From positions 4,865,751 through 4,929,750 of the forward strand of contig OZ037773.1 in NCBI GenBank assembly GCA_964035545.1: 64,000 bases of DNA, written 5' to 3'. The stretch is from Bugula neritina (taxonomy: Eukaryota; Animalia; Bryozoa). Shown here piece by piece: positions 24,801 through 43,990 of this stretch. Position numbers and translations under genes: made by a program. Under the pieces are notes generated by a model. That model saw only the letters and a program-made list of their open reading frames with translations. It searched no databases and was not told the origin of the DNA. The first letter of the stretch is position 1. Every line of letters starts with the position of its first letter.

Positions 24801-27313
24801 CACTAATGTTATAGTTACTCGTAGTAATTACTGTTACTGATTCATATATATAGTTATTAAAGGATTGCTCTATCTTGTCTAATAAATGGCCATTTGGGTC
24901 AAACACACATAATATTGTGTTTTTCTAAGCATGCATTGACAAAAAGCATTTGACTAAAGGTAGAAAAAGTTAGTTGAAGTTGAGGGTGTAGATTGGTAAC
25001 AGCCAAAACGCCGATTTTAAAATGAGCTGGGAACTGTGACGTAACAGCGCCAGCATTCCTGCTGGTCACGTGACTATACAAATGAATAACTATAGAAATA
25101 TGACTGTGAGATGTGATCTTTCAGCTCGTAATTTGTATATTTATAGAAGTGCAAATGTGAATTATCTCAATCTATAGTTTTTTGACATGTTAAATAACAT
25201 GTATGTGATAACATTAGGCCATATTTTGCTTGTAAGCATAGAAAAAAGCATTGCAAAAACATGCATTCTTTAGGATGAATGCCTGCGATCGATCTAAACT
25301 AGGTCAGATTGTGCAATATTACGGGCGCACCAAAGCTGACCTATATAGCGCACTGTAACTGCTTGAGCGTTATTGGTTGATGTTGCGCTCAGCAACCTTG
25401 AATACTAGCGTTATAGTTAGCACGTGCAGCATAGTTACTGGCGTTCACACGTCACGTATTAGGCTATTCTTTTTCATGGCTGAAAATTTTACCTCCCTCA
25501 AAATTGGAATTTTGAAAAGCTGTTTTCTAGGCATATATCTCTTTGCAAAGTCACAATTGTTTGCATACACATTAGATTATAGTCCATAATTATAATGTAA
25601 TTGTAATAAACTAAGATAGAGCAATCCTTTAATAGTAGTCACCATGACTGATGTCATCGTAACCATTAGTAGTCACTAAGACGAATGAACGTCTACCAAG
25701 TATTATATAGATGCTGATGGTGGTTACATTCACTATACAGTCGGACTGATCACACCACATCATGAAATAGAAGACACTGGGAGTTGTGCTATTAACTATG
25801 ATGTCACTACTGTTCTATTGTAGTTGTAATTGTGTTCTCTTTTTATGTTGTATCGTATAAACTATTGTGTTAGCATACTTATAGCAATTAAAATATCATA
25901 TGGAATGTATTTCTATACACTTTTGTCTCAGAACATGATTCATTGGTGTGACCTGAAGCCAGTATAGTCAGTTCTTCAGCTTGTGTACTGGGAAGGCGGG
26001 GCTACCAGCTGAGCTCCGCCTACTCCTCTTTTTCTTGGCTTTTCCTTTTAATATTATATTATGACTCACTGATGCACCACTTGGACTTGAATGATGGCGC
26101 TACAGTTGAGCTGTTTTCGTGTTTATGATTAGGTCGGCGTTTGACGTGTACCGACTAGAAAAGTGTGGTGGAAAGTCGAGATCTGAAGCTATGGACGAGT
26201 TCTCGACTCTCACCAGAGAAGAGAAGAAGGTAGGGAACTTTATTCACCACAATTTAGTGTCACTTTACTTTATCCTGTTGTGCGTCTGACCTTGCTAGAA
26301 CAGGGGTGGGCAACTGGGGGCCCCAGCGCCACCTACAGCCCTTTGCCCATTTTTAGCGGCCCTTTTAATGCTTAAGATAAGTACAACTGTTATATCCATT
26401 CTGGTTAGCACAGTATAGGTTTGGTACTAAATTACTTTATTATAGTAAAATTTAACATGTGCACAATTTTGTGGCCCTTCATTTTGATTAACTTCTAAAC
26501 TTGGCTCTCATGTGAACGAAGTTGCCCACCTCTGAGGTAGAAAATCACAATCAAGTCTCATTCTGGTATAAGTGCAAAGTTGGCTGCCTGGAAACTGTTT
26601 TTAAACTTTGGTGAACTCAATTTATACTCGATGTTCATATGATGCACGCACAACTCTTTCATTTCTCCTAGAGCGCCCCCTACTGTGCCTTACATTATAG
26701 CGTTACTTCTAGAGTACCTCTTGTAGCTTACATTGTAGCTTGTATAGTACGCTAAGGAATAATGTGGTAATCATTATTTATAACATAAACAATATTTCGA
26801 ATAAGCGCTTTCTAATTTCTCTGAAGTACTCCCTCCCGAGTACAACAGCGTAGGTTGGGAGCCCAGGTTATCTGTGGTACTCTTTCACTCTGCATTCTAA
26901 TATTCACTTCTATTCACTATTCCATTTTATTTACTTTCAACTGTTTTATATTATCTTTTTGCTGCCTGTTGAACCATAAACAATGGAATATCATCAACCA
27001 TCTTTTTCGTCTAATTTTTTTACCTTGATGGCTTGCATAAGTAGCTCTAAATATGATCCACTAACTGGCCATTCTATATGATTACCTGCAGGAGTATATA
27101 AGCAAGGCCGATGAAGCTAACAAAGCTGATATGGAATCGTCCCCTACGTCTAACCAAAATGTGGAGAATTCAGAAAAACGGATAAAACTTGATCCAGTTA
27201 CTGCCGACGATAAGTTAGCCTCAAAACCTACAGTAGAGACTAAAAGACAGACGTTGGTGGCCAGTGAGAACTTCAAGTCTAAACTCGCAGCATTCGCTAA
27301 TGACAAACTGTAA
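12872..27313 (+). CDS. WDHD1: WD repeat and HMG-box DNA-binding protein 1 (AND-1/Ctf4), ~22 coding exons
   Basis: Approximate exons: 12872-12924, 13348-13468, 13773-13921, 14423-14626, 15381-15519, 15841-16026, 16207-16278, 16756-16945, ~17357-17565, 17829-18013, 18779-19023, 19353-19470, 19898-20000, ~20992-21168, 21647-21766, 21989-22208, 22602-22786, 23432-23532, 23896-~24009, 24621-24742, 26133-26229, 27092-27313. WD40 (TSGSDGEVTVWDSLDDE, LLTRFT, GHEAPIL, SASCDGTVRLW), SepB (PFQPSSTP, VWNDVGIIR...IDIEFHD), GRTNPFK, HMG-like helix, C-terminal KLAAFA all recall human WDHD1. Confidence 0.95.
14790..15165. repeat. CT-rich low-complexity polypyrimidine tract (WDHD1 intron)
   Basis: Almost exclusively C/T for ~370 bp. 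Confidence 0.95.
18624..18752. repeat. ~36-bp tandem repeat, ~3.5 copies
   Basis: AATCTACCTYRTCATCTATATCTATACTAACTACAC units. Confidence 0.85.
19466..19819 (+). repeat. Compound 26/20-bp minisatellite starting at a WDHD1 exon-intron junction
   Basis: Units TAGGGTGAGTGTTACCAGAC(T/A)GT(G/A)G(T/C) and AGTAAGTGTTACCAGACAGT; 8 copies of AGGGTGAGT counted. Confidence 0.92.
20285..20447 (-). mobile_element. tRNA-derived SINE, diverged copy
   Basis: Reverse complement reads TCTAGAGGTTAGAGCAC...GCTGATGTTAGGAAAAG...CATAATTGCCCC...GGCTATAAACCCACATGAG, matching the other copies. Confidence 0.7.
24028..24268. repeat. 27-bp minisatellite, ~9 copies
   Basis: CTACTGCTGACTTATACATCTCCCTA(T/C) units; explains periodic ORFs. 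Confidence 0.95.
24861..25628. mobile_element. Non-autonomous DNA transposon, Kolobok-like, 768 bp
   Basis: Perfect 16-bp TIR AGGATTGCTCTATCTT / AAGATAGAGCAATCCT, flanked by TTAA on both sides (24857-24860, 25629-25632); RR termini rather than piggyBac CCC. Confidence 0.85.
26301..26534. mobile_element. hAT (Charlie-like) MITE, 234 bp
   Basis: TIR CAGGGGTGGGCAACT / AGTTGCCCACCTCTG; degenerate 8-bp TSD TGCTAGAA / AGGTAGAA; internal GGCCC motifs. Confidence 0.85.
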
Positions 27314-27752
27314 CTTCTACTTAATATCTCGCCATGGTAAAACAGATGATATATCAATTTGATTCCTGGACAGAATAATTGAGTTAATTTAAAGAACGGG
27401 TTGAGTGGTTAGTTTCGGACTGTTATGTAGTTGATACAAATCTTGTGGAGCAACTTTCTTAGCATTGACAGTCTCGCATGAGTCATAAATCACCGGTACT
27501 GGAACTGATTGTAAATCAGTCGTTGAAAAACCGCTGCCTTCTTCCTGCTCTTATTGTGATTGGTTACTCAGTTAACCTTCTTATATTATAACTTTTTATT
27601 TATTTCATGATTTGTTTAAAATGATAATTTTTGTTACTATTTACATATAATTATGTATGCCAAATAAACCTTCTTGAAGTTGGCTGAACTCAGATTTTAT
27701 ATTATTATGTATTATATACATTAGTATAGCAAAATGTAAGCATATAAGCATA

Positions 27753-27845
27753 AAGCTGCATTTAGATGAAGCGGCTCTTTTGAAGAAAGAGGTATAATAA
27801 ATGAAGTCAAGAAGAATTCTGGTCATGTTGACAGTAATACCTACA
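27753..27845 (+). pseudogene. Inverted, decayed copy of an exon of the adjacent minus-strand gene
   Basis: Translates KLHLDEAALLKKEV**MKSRRILVMLTVIPT vs KLHLDEAALLKKEVKEMESRRILVMLIVIPVTVIPT at 29508-29401 (-). Confidence 0.85.
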
Positions 27846-28348
27846 CCCTGTACAGTTAACCTTTTTTTCTGGCAGTGGTGTAAAATATATTCTACCAGGG
27901 GTTTAAACATTGCAGAAGTACACACGTCTCCACTAACATACACATATACAGCTAGGCAGCAGTCAAGTCCAGGCAACTCTACTATTACATAGAATACATA
28001 TTGCATTCATATTCATAGCTGCAGTGAATAGTTATAGTATAAGGCTTCCACTCGGGTAAAAAAGTTACTCTTAATATTACAAAAAATGACTTGATATCAT
28101 ATTTGTTTGCTTTATACAAGAGTTTTCTTATTTATGCGAATTTGATAAAAAAGGGAACTTTTTCTCATATAATCAAATAATTGTGCTTTTTAAATGGTAA
28201 AACCAAAACTTATGGTTCTATGCAATATAATACTTTATTGTTTTCCTACGCTAATTATAATAAAATAATTAATGCAGTGAATCACAAGCCAAAAAATAAA
28301 ACAAAACAAATTTAAAATTGTCAAGTTCGAAGTTATTCGGATAATTTA

Positions 28349-29508
28349 TCATTCCCCGGCTCTTTTCCTACCAGAAGTTGCAGCTTCCCTTTGTACAGTT
28401 CTTCTCTTTTTGCTACCTGGTGTCCTTGAAGGTCTATTAACCATTCTTGGAGCTTGCTTGGATATGTCTTTGTTTTTGCCTTTCGGTTGCCGGGAATTGA
28501 CGCTCTGCTGGTGGCGCCCTCTGTTGTTAGTCAGATGGTCTTGGATTCTATTTACTACACTTTTAATTCTGGAGCTTTGAGTACATTTTTTCACCTTTAC
28601 TTGTTTTCTCTCTTTACTAGAGTCATTGTCATGATTTAATCTTCTTGCAAAATTGTTTGAAAAGCCCTTGAAATGGTTGGCTTTTTCACCTGTTGTTTTT
28701 ATTTTGTCTTTGCTTTTTTCAGTAAAGGTCTGCTGCATTTTTTCTTTTCTTTTTGGCTGTTTGTGTTTTTCTTTATTATTTCGTGTTTGGTTTTTGGCAC
28801 GAGATATTTGCTGGTTATTACTTGTGGTGCTGTTCATGTAAGTGCTTGACCTAGTTTTCTGCTCGTCCAATGTATTTGTACCTTCTCCTATTTGGTCCAA
28901 TCAGAATAAGCATAACTTTCATTGAAAATGTGTTAAAAAATTACTAAGCAACTCAAAATATTGCAAGTCATGATTGTATCTCATCCTATATTTTAATTCT
29001 CTTTTTAATCGCTAAAAATGCTTTCTTCTATTAGTGTAACTCAAGGTTTAAGTTATAGCAGCTTATAAAAATCAACCTGTAAATTATTACTGTATAGTTG
29101 AAGTAATTTTTCATAATTTATGAATAAAAAGATTAAGGCGAGAAGGTTAGTTTTAGACTCACCTGAATATTCTGACCTTAGCTCATTATCTTCAAGGTCA
29201 TAATCTAAATTATAAAATGAGCGAGTCAGCAACTGAGATCAAACATTTAACGATATAAAGTATATAAAGTTTATTTATCTAGATTATAGTCTTTAGAACG
29301 ATCAACAATGTGGATGTGTTTCACATATACCTGAGAATGATTCCATGAGTTTCCTGTTTCGAGATACGCAAATTCGACGTCCAAGAAAGATCATGCAGCA
29401 TGTAGGTATTACAGTAACCGGTATAACTATCAACATCACCAAGATTCTCCTTGACTCCATTTCTTTTACCTCTTTCTTCAAGAGAGCTGCCTCATCTAAG
29501 TGCAGCTT
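28349..29508 (-). CDS. Uncharacterised single-pass membrane protein with basic low-complexity tail (5' end unresolved)
   Basis: Exons ~29508-29331 (TM ILVMLIVIPVTVIPTCCMIFL followed by GRR), ~29205-29164, 28887-28349 splice in frame through GT-AG introns; K/R/N/S-rich C-terminus. Confidence 0.7.
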
Positions 29509-29559
29509 CTGTTATTAAAAATCGGGTAACAATTTATATCCTTATACTTTGTTGTAGTA

Positions 29560-29795
29560 ATGTATATAATGCAGTATATTATATGATATATAACATAATA
29601 TAACACAATTTAGTATGATACAATGTATAATATAATAAAATATATTGTTTATACAGTTTAATATAGCATAATAAAATTCAACATAACATATTATAATATA
29701 ATACAACATAATATAATATAACATAATACAACATTACATAATACATTATAATATAACATAATATATTATAACATAATATAATAAAATATTATGCA
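29560..29795. repeat. Degenerate ATAAT/ATAAC pentamer repeat
   Basis: Directly visible. Confidence 0.8.
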
Positions 29796-31801
29796 ATATC
29801 TCATTGTGTTTGCACTGGCCCAGTTGCTCAGCCTATGGTTGCATCTACTATCTGTTATGCACTGACACTTGTCTTCAAATTTAGTCACAAGTAAGAAAAG
29901 AGCTGTAACAATTTATCTACGTGCCATAGTATAAGGTGTTTATTATCTTACATTGCTGTGTTTATACTCTTTGTTCATGACTCTTTGAATGTCTTTAGTT
30001 CGCTCGTGCTCAGTCATATCTACGTCAATAGCATATGCTGTCAGCAAAATGACTGCCATGATTATACTATTACTAAACGTTATTTTGTCTATACTAAACA
30101 TTGCACCAACATTTCATTCAACATGCACAACAATTTCTATGCATAAAGTTAAAACAGTTCTTTGCACTTAAAGCAGTTGATTGATACATGAAATAATCAA
30201 ACATTGTTGAAACAAGCAGTAAATAACGGTAAAACTGTTGCTTTATGCATAACAATAAGCAATATTTTGAAAATATACGTAATTTTACAATTACAATTAT
30301 AGAACTAGCAACTAATTGTTTATTATAATGAAGTGGAATATATCAGAAGTGGACTATGGAAGGAGTTAGCTCCTCTTGCCGTACACATGTCCTCAGATGT
30401 ATCAGTTTTAAACAAAAGGCGCTTTTGCCTGAGCTGCCTAGTGGTTAACTGTTGATGCTAATAATATTAGCATAATTGAAAGTTGCTTAAATTGTAGGAA
30501 AAGTGAAAGTGACCAGGAATTGTATAACCATCTTTTTGATTAAGCTGGTATATGACAAATTTGTGAGACATTTTTCTTATCATGAAACTTATTTTTGCAC
30601 ACACTTAAAACCAATTTACCTTAAAATTTGCACTGACACAGAATTTGGTAAGCAGCAAAAGATTCAAAAATATGAAATGAAGACGCCGCTGAAAAATTAT
30701 CACTATGCATCACAGTTTTGCTATATACATAATGTAATATAATACGATAAGTTACATTTTATTGAGCTATATACATTATTATGTTTTCTATTATTATAAC
30801 CTTCAAAGTTACGTTTTACTTGCTACTTGCATTTGTTTAATAATTTTTCTCTAAAAATAGCTGAGCCAGTAACAATTAGGCATTCTAGCTTAAGACTGGT
30901 TTAATTATTATTCTTTTTTAACTGTATCCGTGTACGTTAGAGCAATTCCCTAAATAGTATGCATATAACGAACTGTAGTGCAAGTTGATGATGTAAGTTA
31001 ATAGTGTAGGTTGATAGTGGCGTAGTTTGCTATTTCATTGGTGACTAAACTGACATCCTATTAATGTTGTGTTAGAAACTCACGCTATATCCCAACCCTT
31101 CAATCTCTGCAGCCATGCGATGTGTACCAATGCATGACAAATTAAATGTTCCTCACTGTTTATGTTCACCAAACTCGCATGTATTTATACCAACTGTCAG
31201 TAAGTGGTAAGAGGCTGTGGACTAACATTCAGTTATAACAACTCTTCATCATTATTTCATGCGTACAGGTAAGTCAAAGTTGTTATATATTTATATGTCT
31301 GGTATAAAACATTAATAACTCTTGTTTTGGCAATGACAACAAGTTATTGCTGGCTAGTTGGATATTTAACATCCATCACATACTGATGAATCTATTAGGA
31401 AACTACAACATTGTGATTTGCAGTGATAGTATAGTTATAGTTATATTATGTATAGGCCTAATAACTGAACTTGCTGTCTTTATAATAATTCAAGTTGCTG
31501 TTGTTTCAAGTTGCTGTAGGTATAATCTCAAATAGTTGGCAGTCTGACTGAAAATGCCATGATTTTAGTTTGAATTTTTCTTATTTTAAATGCTTCTTCT
31601 ACATCTTGGTTTTAAGTTTACTTTTTGATGCTTAGGGATTTTGTTGTTAAGCATTCTATTGGTTGTTGAAATGTTCACAGAATTGTTTGTTTCAATCAGA
31701 AATATACTATAAGGGATGTTTTTAAGCTTCAAACTTTGTATTTCTAAATGACTTGATTATTTGTTTACTATGCAAGGAGCCAATCATAAGATTATATTAT
31801 A

Positions 31802-32225
31802 GGGTCATTTTACTTAATTCAGTACACACTAGAAATCTCCAGTTTTTAGCTATTTTTTACAATTTAGCTGCTAATGAACATGGGTTTTTGCCCAAAACTA
31901 ATGAAATAATGAATGATCACACCTAAATAATCAAGGTTCTTCTTAACTTTGCTTGATTTCCCATGTTTTTCCTAATTATTCAGCTAATTTTTTGATTGCA
32001 GAGTGTTATGAAAAAACCATAACTCTCCGAAATCAAAAGTAGCTGAATAATTAGAAAAAAAACATAGAACATCAAGCAAAATTAATAAGAACCTGGATTA
32101 TTCAGGTGTATTCATTCATATTTTACTAGTTTTGGGCAAAATCTCATGTTCAGTAGCAGCTAAATTGTAAAAAATGGCTACAAATTGGAGATTTCCAGTG
32201 TGTACTAAATTAAGTAAAATGACCC
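31802..32225. mobile_element. Foldback/palindromic MITE, ~424 bp
   Basis: Two ~205-bp imperfect inverted arms (GGGTCATTTTACTTAATT...AATTAAGTAAAATGACCC) around an A-rich centre near 32012; ATTATA on both flanks. Confidence 0.9.
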
Positions 32226-32367
32226 ATTATAGATCTACAATCATACTAGACTAAACAAACTATTTCTTATAACAAAGTTCACTATTTTACTACATATTTC
32301 GCCAAATATTCTAGCATTTCAAAAAGGCAAACTTTTGTACCAGTAAGAATTACTAAGAAATTATAAA

Positions 32368-32505
32368 TAGTAGTTGCAGTAGCAGTATAATAGCAGTTGC
32401 AGTAATAGCAGCAGTAGTAGTAGCATCATGCAGTAGCAGTAGTATAGTAGAATGAGTAGCAGCATAATAGCAGTAGTATAGTAGCATCAGTAGCAGTATA
32501 GTGAG
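32368..32505. repeat. (AGT/AGC)n degenerate microsatellite
   Basis: Directly visible. Confidence 0.8.
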
Positions 32506-32699
32506 CATCTACATTTTACCAGGTCTTAAGAAACAGCTTATCTACTTAGTCTCAGATAATCTGGTTGAAAATTTATTCTTAACACTGTGTTAATTCCAAC
32601 TAGGTTATTCTTAATGCAATACATTTAATTAATTATGGTTTTTATACTACCTAGTAACTATATAACTGTAACCAGCTATATTATACCTTGTAACTATAC

Positions 32700-32946
32700 C
32701 TGGTAACTACTGTAGTAACTATTAACTACTTTAACATTACTACTACCTGGTAACTACTGTAGTAACTATTAACTACCTTAACATTACTACTAACTAGCAA
32801 CTACTACAGTAACTATTAACTACCTTAACATTACTACTAACTAGTAACTACTGTAGTAACTATTAACTACCTTAACATTACTACTAACTAGCAACTACTA
32901 TAGTAACTATTAACTACCTTAACATTACTACTAACTGGTAACTACT
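32700..32946. repeat. 47-bp minisatellite, ~5 copies
   Basis: AACTACTGTAGTAACTATTAACTACCTTAACATTACTACTAACTAG units. Confidence 0.92.
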
Positions 32947-35775
32947 TTAAAAATTTTGATAATCTTTATACTTTTAATACTGATGGTCACTGACGAAAAA
33001 TTTTTGCTGAAAATCTCAACAGATAAATTATTATAGATAATGTTAAAATAGCTTCAAGCCTATAAAACAATGCCTTATTGACTATGCTATTAGGTTGTAA
33101 TCTTTCTAAAATGACAACTTTAAAAGCCTTTACCACCCTTGTTGCTTGTTGCTATTATATACTAAACTTACTGAATTAGCTTACTGTGAGTATATGTATA
33201 CACCAGAAAAACCTTTTCAGCAATACAGCAGGCAAAAGTGAGTGTTTCAAACAAGACTGAAGTCATGAGAAATTTCCTAGCATTCGTGTTTTTCTATTTT
33301 TTGTCATTCCTTAAAGTGTACTAAACACAATGCTTGACAAATCAGAATTTTTAAGCAAAAAGTGTTGCAAAGTGATAAAAGACTCTCAGAGGTATAAGTT
33401 AAGACGTATAAAAAGTAAATATTGCATAATTAGTGCAGAAAGGTAACAATCAGCTTGATTTGTTGTGCCATATTATGTACATCCAGTAAAACTATTACAA
33501 ATAAACTCAGTAAACAGAACTTAAGATATGCTGCCTTAGTAACATACTGCATCACTCACCAGGAAATCAGAAACTAAATGGAAAGAGTGGGGGTGCTGTT
33601 AATGTAATAGGGTGTGACAGATGTATGTGGTAAAAGGATCTAGTATAAATTATTTCATCTCGCATTGTAATTACACCTCTTGACTTTCGTCACAGTTCAA
33701 GGGGTGTTGTAGGTGGTGAGCAATAAATAATGTAGGCGAAATTAGTAAAAATACGTAAAAATGAAGCTTAACGAAACTTTCCAGATTTCACTTGGTACCG
33801 ATGTTTGCCAGAATTGATCCTGGGCTCTTAAACAACAATCACCTTTTAATTGCTGGTGCTGAAGAAATAGATAAAGAGCATAAAATATTCTACACTAGTA
33901 AATGGTAGCATCTAAAAAGAATAATTAAATATTTGGCTCATTTTTTAAATAATAAAGTATGTTTTGGTATCAAGTTCAAAAAGGCCAATAAAGCAAGCTG
34001 GTTATTTGCATTAGCCCTGGCTTTTTTGCTGCTATTATTTCCTTCTTTCTAATGTGTGGAAAATGTCAAACAGTTCAGAATATTGCTTTTGTGTAATCTC
34101 ACCAGTAAGGTTTGAGGAAAATTCCATAGCTCTATTAAAAACTTTGTTCAGCAGAATTTCTTCAAGAGCATGTGAATATACACATGCATATTAATAATTA
34201 TAAGTTTTATTTTTAGGTAAGGCTAATAATTAATTATTCACGGCATGCAGAGTTGTGTTGTCCAACAAGCGAAAGGTTGTTTGTTGATTTCAGTTTGAGT
34301 GCAAGAGGAAAAGTTGAAATATGCTTTTCCCTAAAATCTGTCAATTATTTTTATTAATAGCACACTATGACCCTCCCTACATCACCTGGCCAGCTACTGA
34401 TAATTGCAAATCTGAATTCCAAATTCTAGCTCAAAACTATATCCTTGAGTAAAGTTAGCGCATCACTTTACACTAATTCCTCTGGTGTGACTTTAAGTTG
34501 GGTGCGGCTCAGATTAAACCTGTCAGTCTATAGTATGTAAGGCTGCATGGAAGGCTTCAAGTAAACTATTGTGGAGATTGTATATCATGATGATACTGTG
34601 ATACTTCTGTTGCTATGGTAACAACCATTAGAGAGACTCTATAGAGTGGTGTATCTTCTTAGAGCAATTCTGAACTAAGAGCTAAAGTTAAGTCTTACCG
34701 ATGCAGTTATTTATAATCAATAAATCAATTATTGATGGCTATCAAGCCTACGTTGTTGCAGACTCCAAGGTTTCTTGCAACAGGATATAAGAAGGAAATA
34801 GGCATGTTTTAAGGGGGAATCTATATAACCCACACAGCACTTAGTCATATGATTTTGTTTCAAGTTTCCATCCAAATAAAGAAATAGAAAAGAAAAAGTG
34901 CATTAAGTTATTTTAAGTCTATTCACTGGTTGAAAGCAAGTGTTGAGAAAAGCTGTAAACATTTCTATAAAGCTAGGGGATAATATGTGTTGTCTACTAT
35001 CACAAATTAACTATTAAGTTTTATAGTTTGTAATAGAAAATAAAATGTAGTAATAATTTTGTCACATAATGTCAATGAAGACTGCAGTATAGTTTCAGAA
35101 AAGAAAACAGATATATAGCTCAAATTTCTCAATATAATCGTAAGATTTAGATTTGAGAGTTTTCTATGATAGGTTTAACAAACACAGTTTATATACTTGA
35201 AACAAAAGCCATGCGAGGTAACAGGTGTGCAAACTTTAAAATGTAAAATTATTTTCATCAGCCTTATGCTAGTAAAGCAGTTATCTGTGTGTTTCCCTAA
35301 TAGTTGTCAGTAGTGATATGTTGAATTGGTAAAAGTACGAGTCATATGCATTTGTTGGATGTAAGCTGTTTAGCTCAATAGAAACTGCAAAAGGAAATTT
35401 TTAGTGGTACTGAAAATATTTTGAATACAGATATAAAGGTGACTTTTCTAAATTCCCAAAGTTCTAGCAGTTAGAGAGTTCTATGCAGTCCGAAGCAATT
35501 GCAGAGCAGTTGTTTCGATGACTTACCTTTAAGCAATTATTAAATCATAAGCAGGGATTGAGTTTTCCTACAAGTATATTTTATTTACCCAATTCAGTAA
35601 CTCTTCCAAAAAAATAGAACAGAAATTCAATGTTGAAGTTACAACGAAAAATACTCCAACATTGATCAGAATTTGGCAAAGATCCTTTTGATAACAAATG
35701 TGTAAACATGTTGTTTTAATGCAGTATTGTTTGTTTAGAGTGCTTTAACTCACTTCAAGTGTTACACAACAGAAT

Positions 35776-42917
<7,142 letters not shown>

Positions 42918-43416
42918 ACGTGTAGATATCAATGCTTTAAAAACTGAAGCAGTCAACATATAAACAGGAGTCATTATAAGCAGATATAATTGACTAAAAA
43001 ACAAGTATAGAAGGACGATAAAAAGGCTTTGTAAAAAATGCTGTAAATATTACTTTTTATTACTATTTTTCTTGATCACCTTCTGCATATACAATATTTA
43101 AGAAATTAGCTGTGTGGCTTTGTGTCGTACTAACATGTGATACTTTGCTAGTATAAATTTTAGAAGCTTTTTTGCTGCTAATTATATAAATGTCTTTTGT
43201 GTAATTGAAATTTAAAACACAAATTGATTTCAACGAAAACAAAAAGTTTTTATCATTTTATAGAATTCCATAATGTTAAAAAAGATAAAAATATTTAAAA
43301 TGCATTATATAATTTTATATTGTATCTATATTATGTATGTTGATGAAGAATAGGATTTGTTAATTCTAGTAAATATCAAAGTTATATATTTTTGACAACT
43401 GTAAGTAGATTCTGTG

Positions 43417-43417
<1 letters not shown>

Positions 43418-43491
<74 letters not shown>
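43418..43491. repeat. (TA)n microsatellite
   Basis: Directly visible. Confidence 0.99.
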
Positions 43492-43495
<4 letters not shown>

Positions 43496-43990
43496 AAAAC
43501 ATTCACATATGAAAACAACTGAAATGAAGTTTGTAAATACCTTTATTTTTATAAATTATTTATGTTAGTTTTTTACGTTAAATGGTAAACAAACTGTTCA
43601 AACACAATTTTTTTCTACTTTTCTATATTTACTTACAAAATAAACCTATTGCACAATAACAGCTACAACTTCAGTGCATGTTGAAAATCATTTTTAACTA
43701 AAAGTATAAAAATATTCTATATGCAGTCACCATAACCTTAGTTGGATATACCCAGTAAAAATGATTGCTAAACTAATATTCAGCAGCTCTACACAATTTT
43801 TCTTTATGTTTGGCATATTTCATAGAAAAATAAACGCTTTGTTCCTGAGAATGATTTTATTCATGGCCTTAGGTTAGATTTAATTGGTGAGTTAATACTT
43901 CAGTTTCACTAGTTTATTAAAGCTTGTTTATGATTACTCAAATAATAAAAATTGTTTAAAAATATTTGGAGCTGCGAAATTTATAAAAGG

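Noticed and set aside
27801-27992. 63-aa ORF as an independent gene
   Set aside because: Only the first 15 codons are homologous to the neighbouring gene; preceded by in-frame stops; treated as a pseudo-exon.
29536-29543. ATATCCTT U12-type donor motif
   Set aside because: On the strand opposite the local gene and not at an exon boundary.
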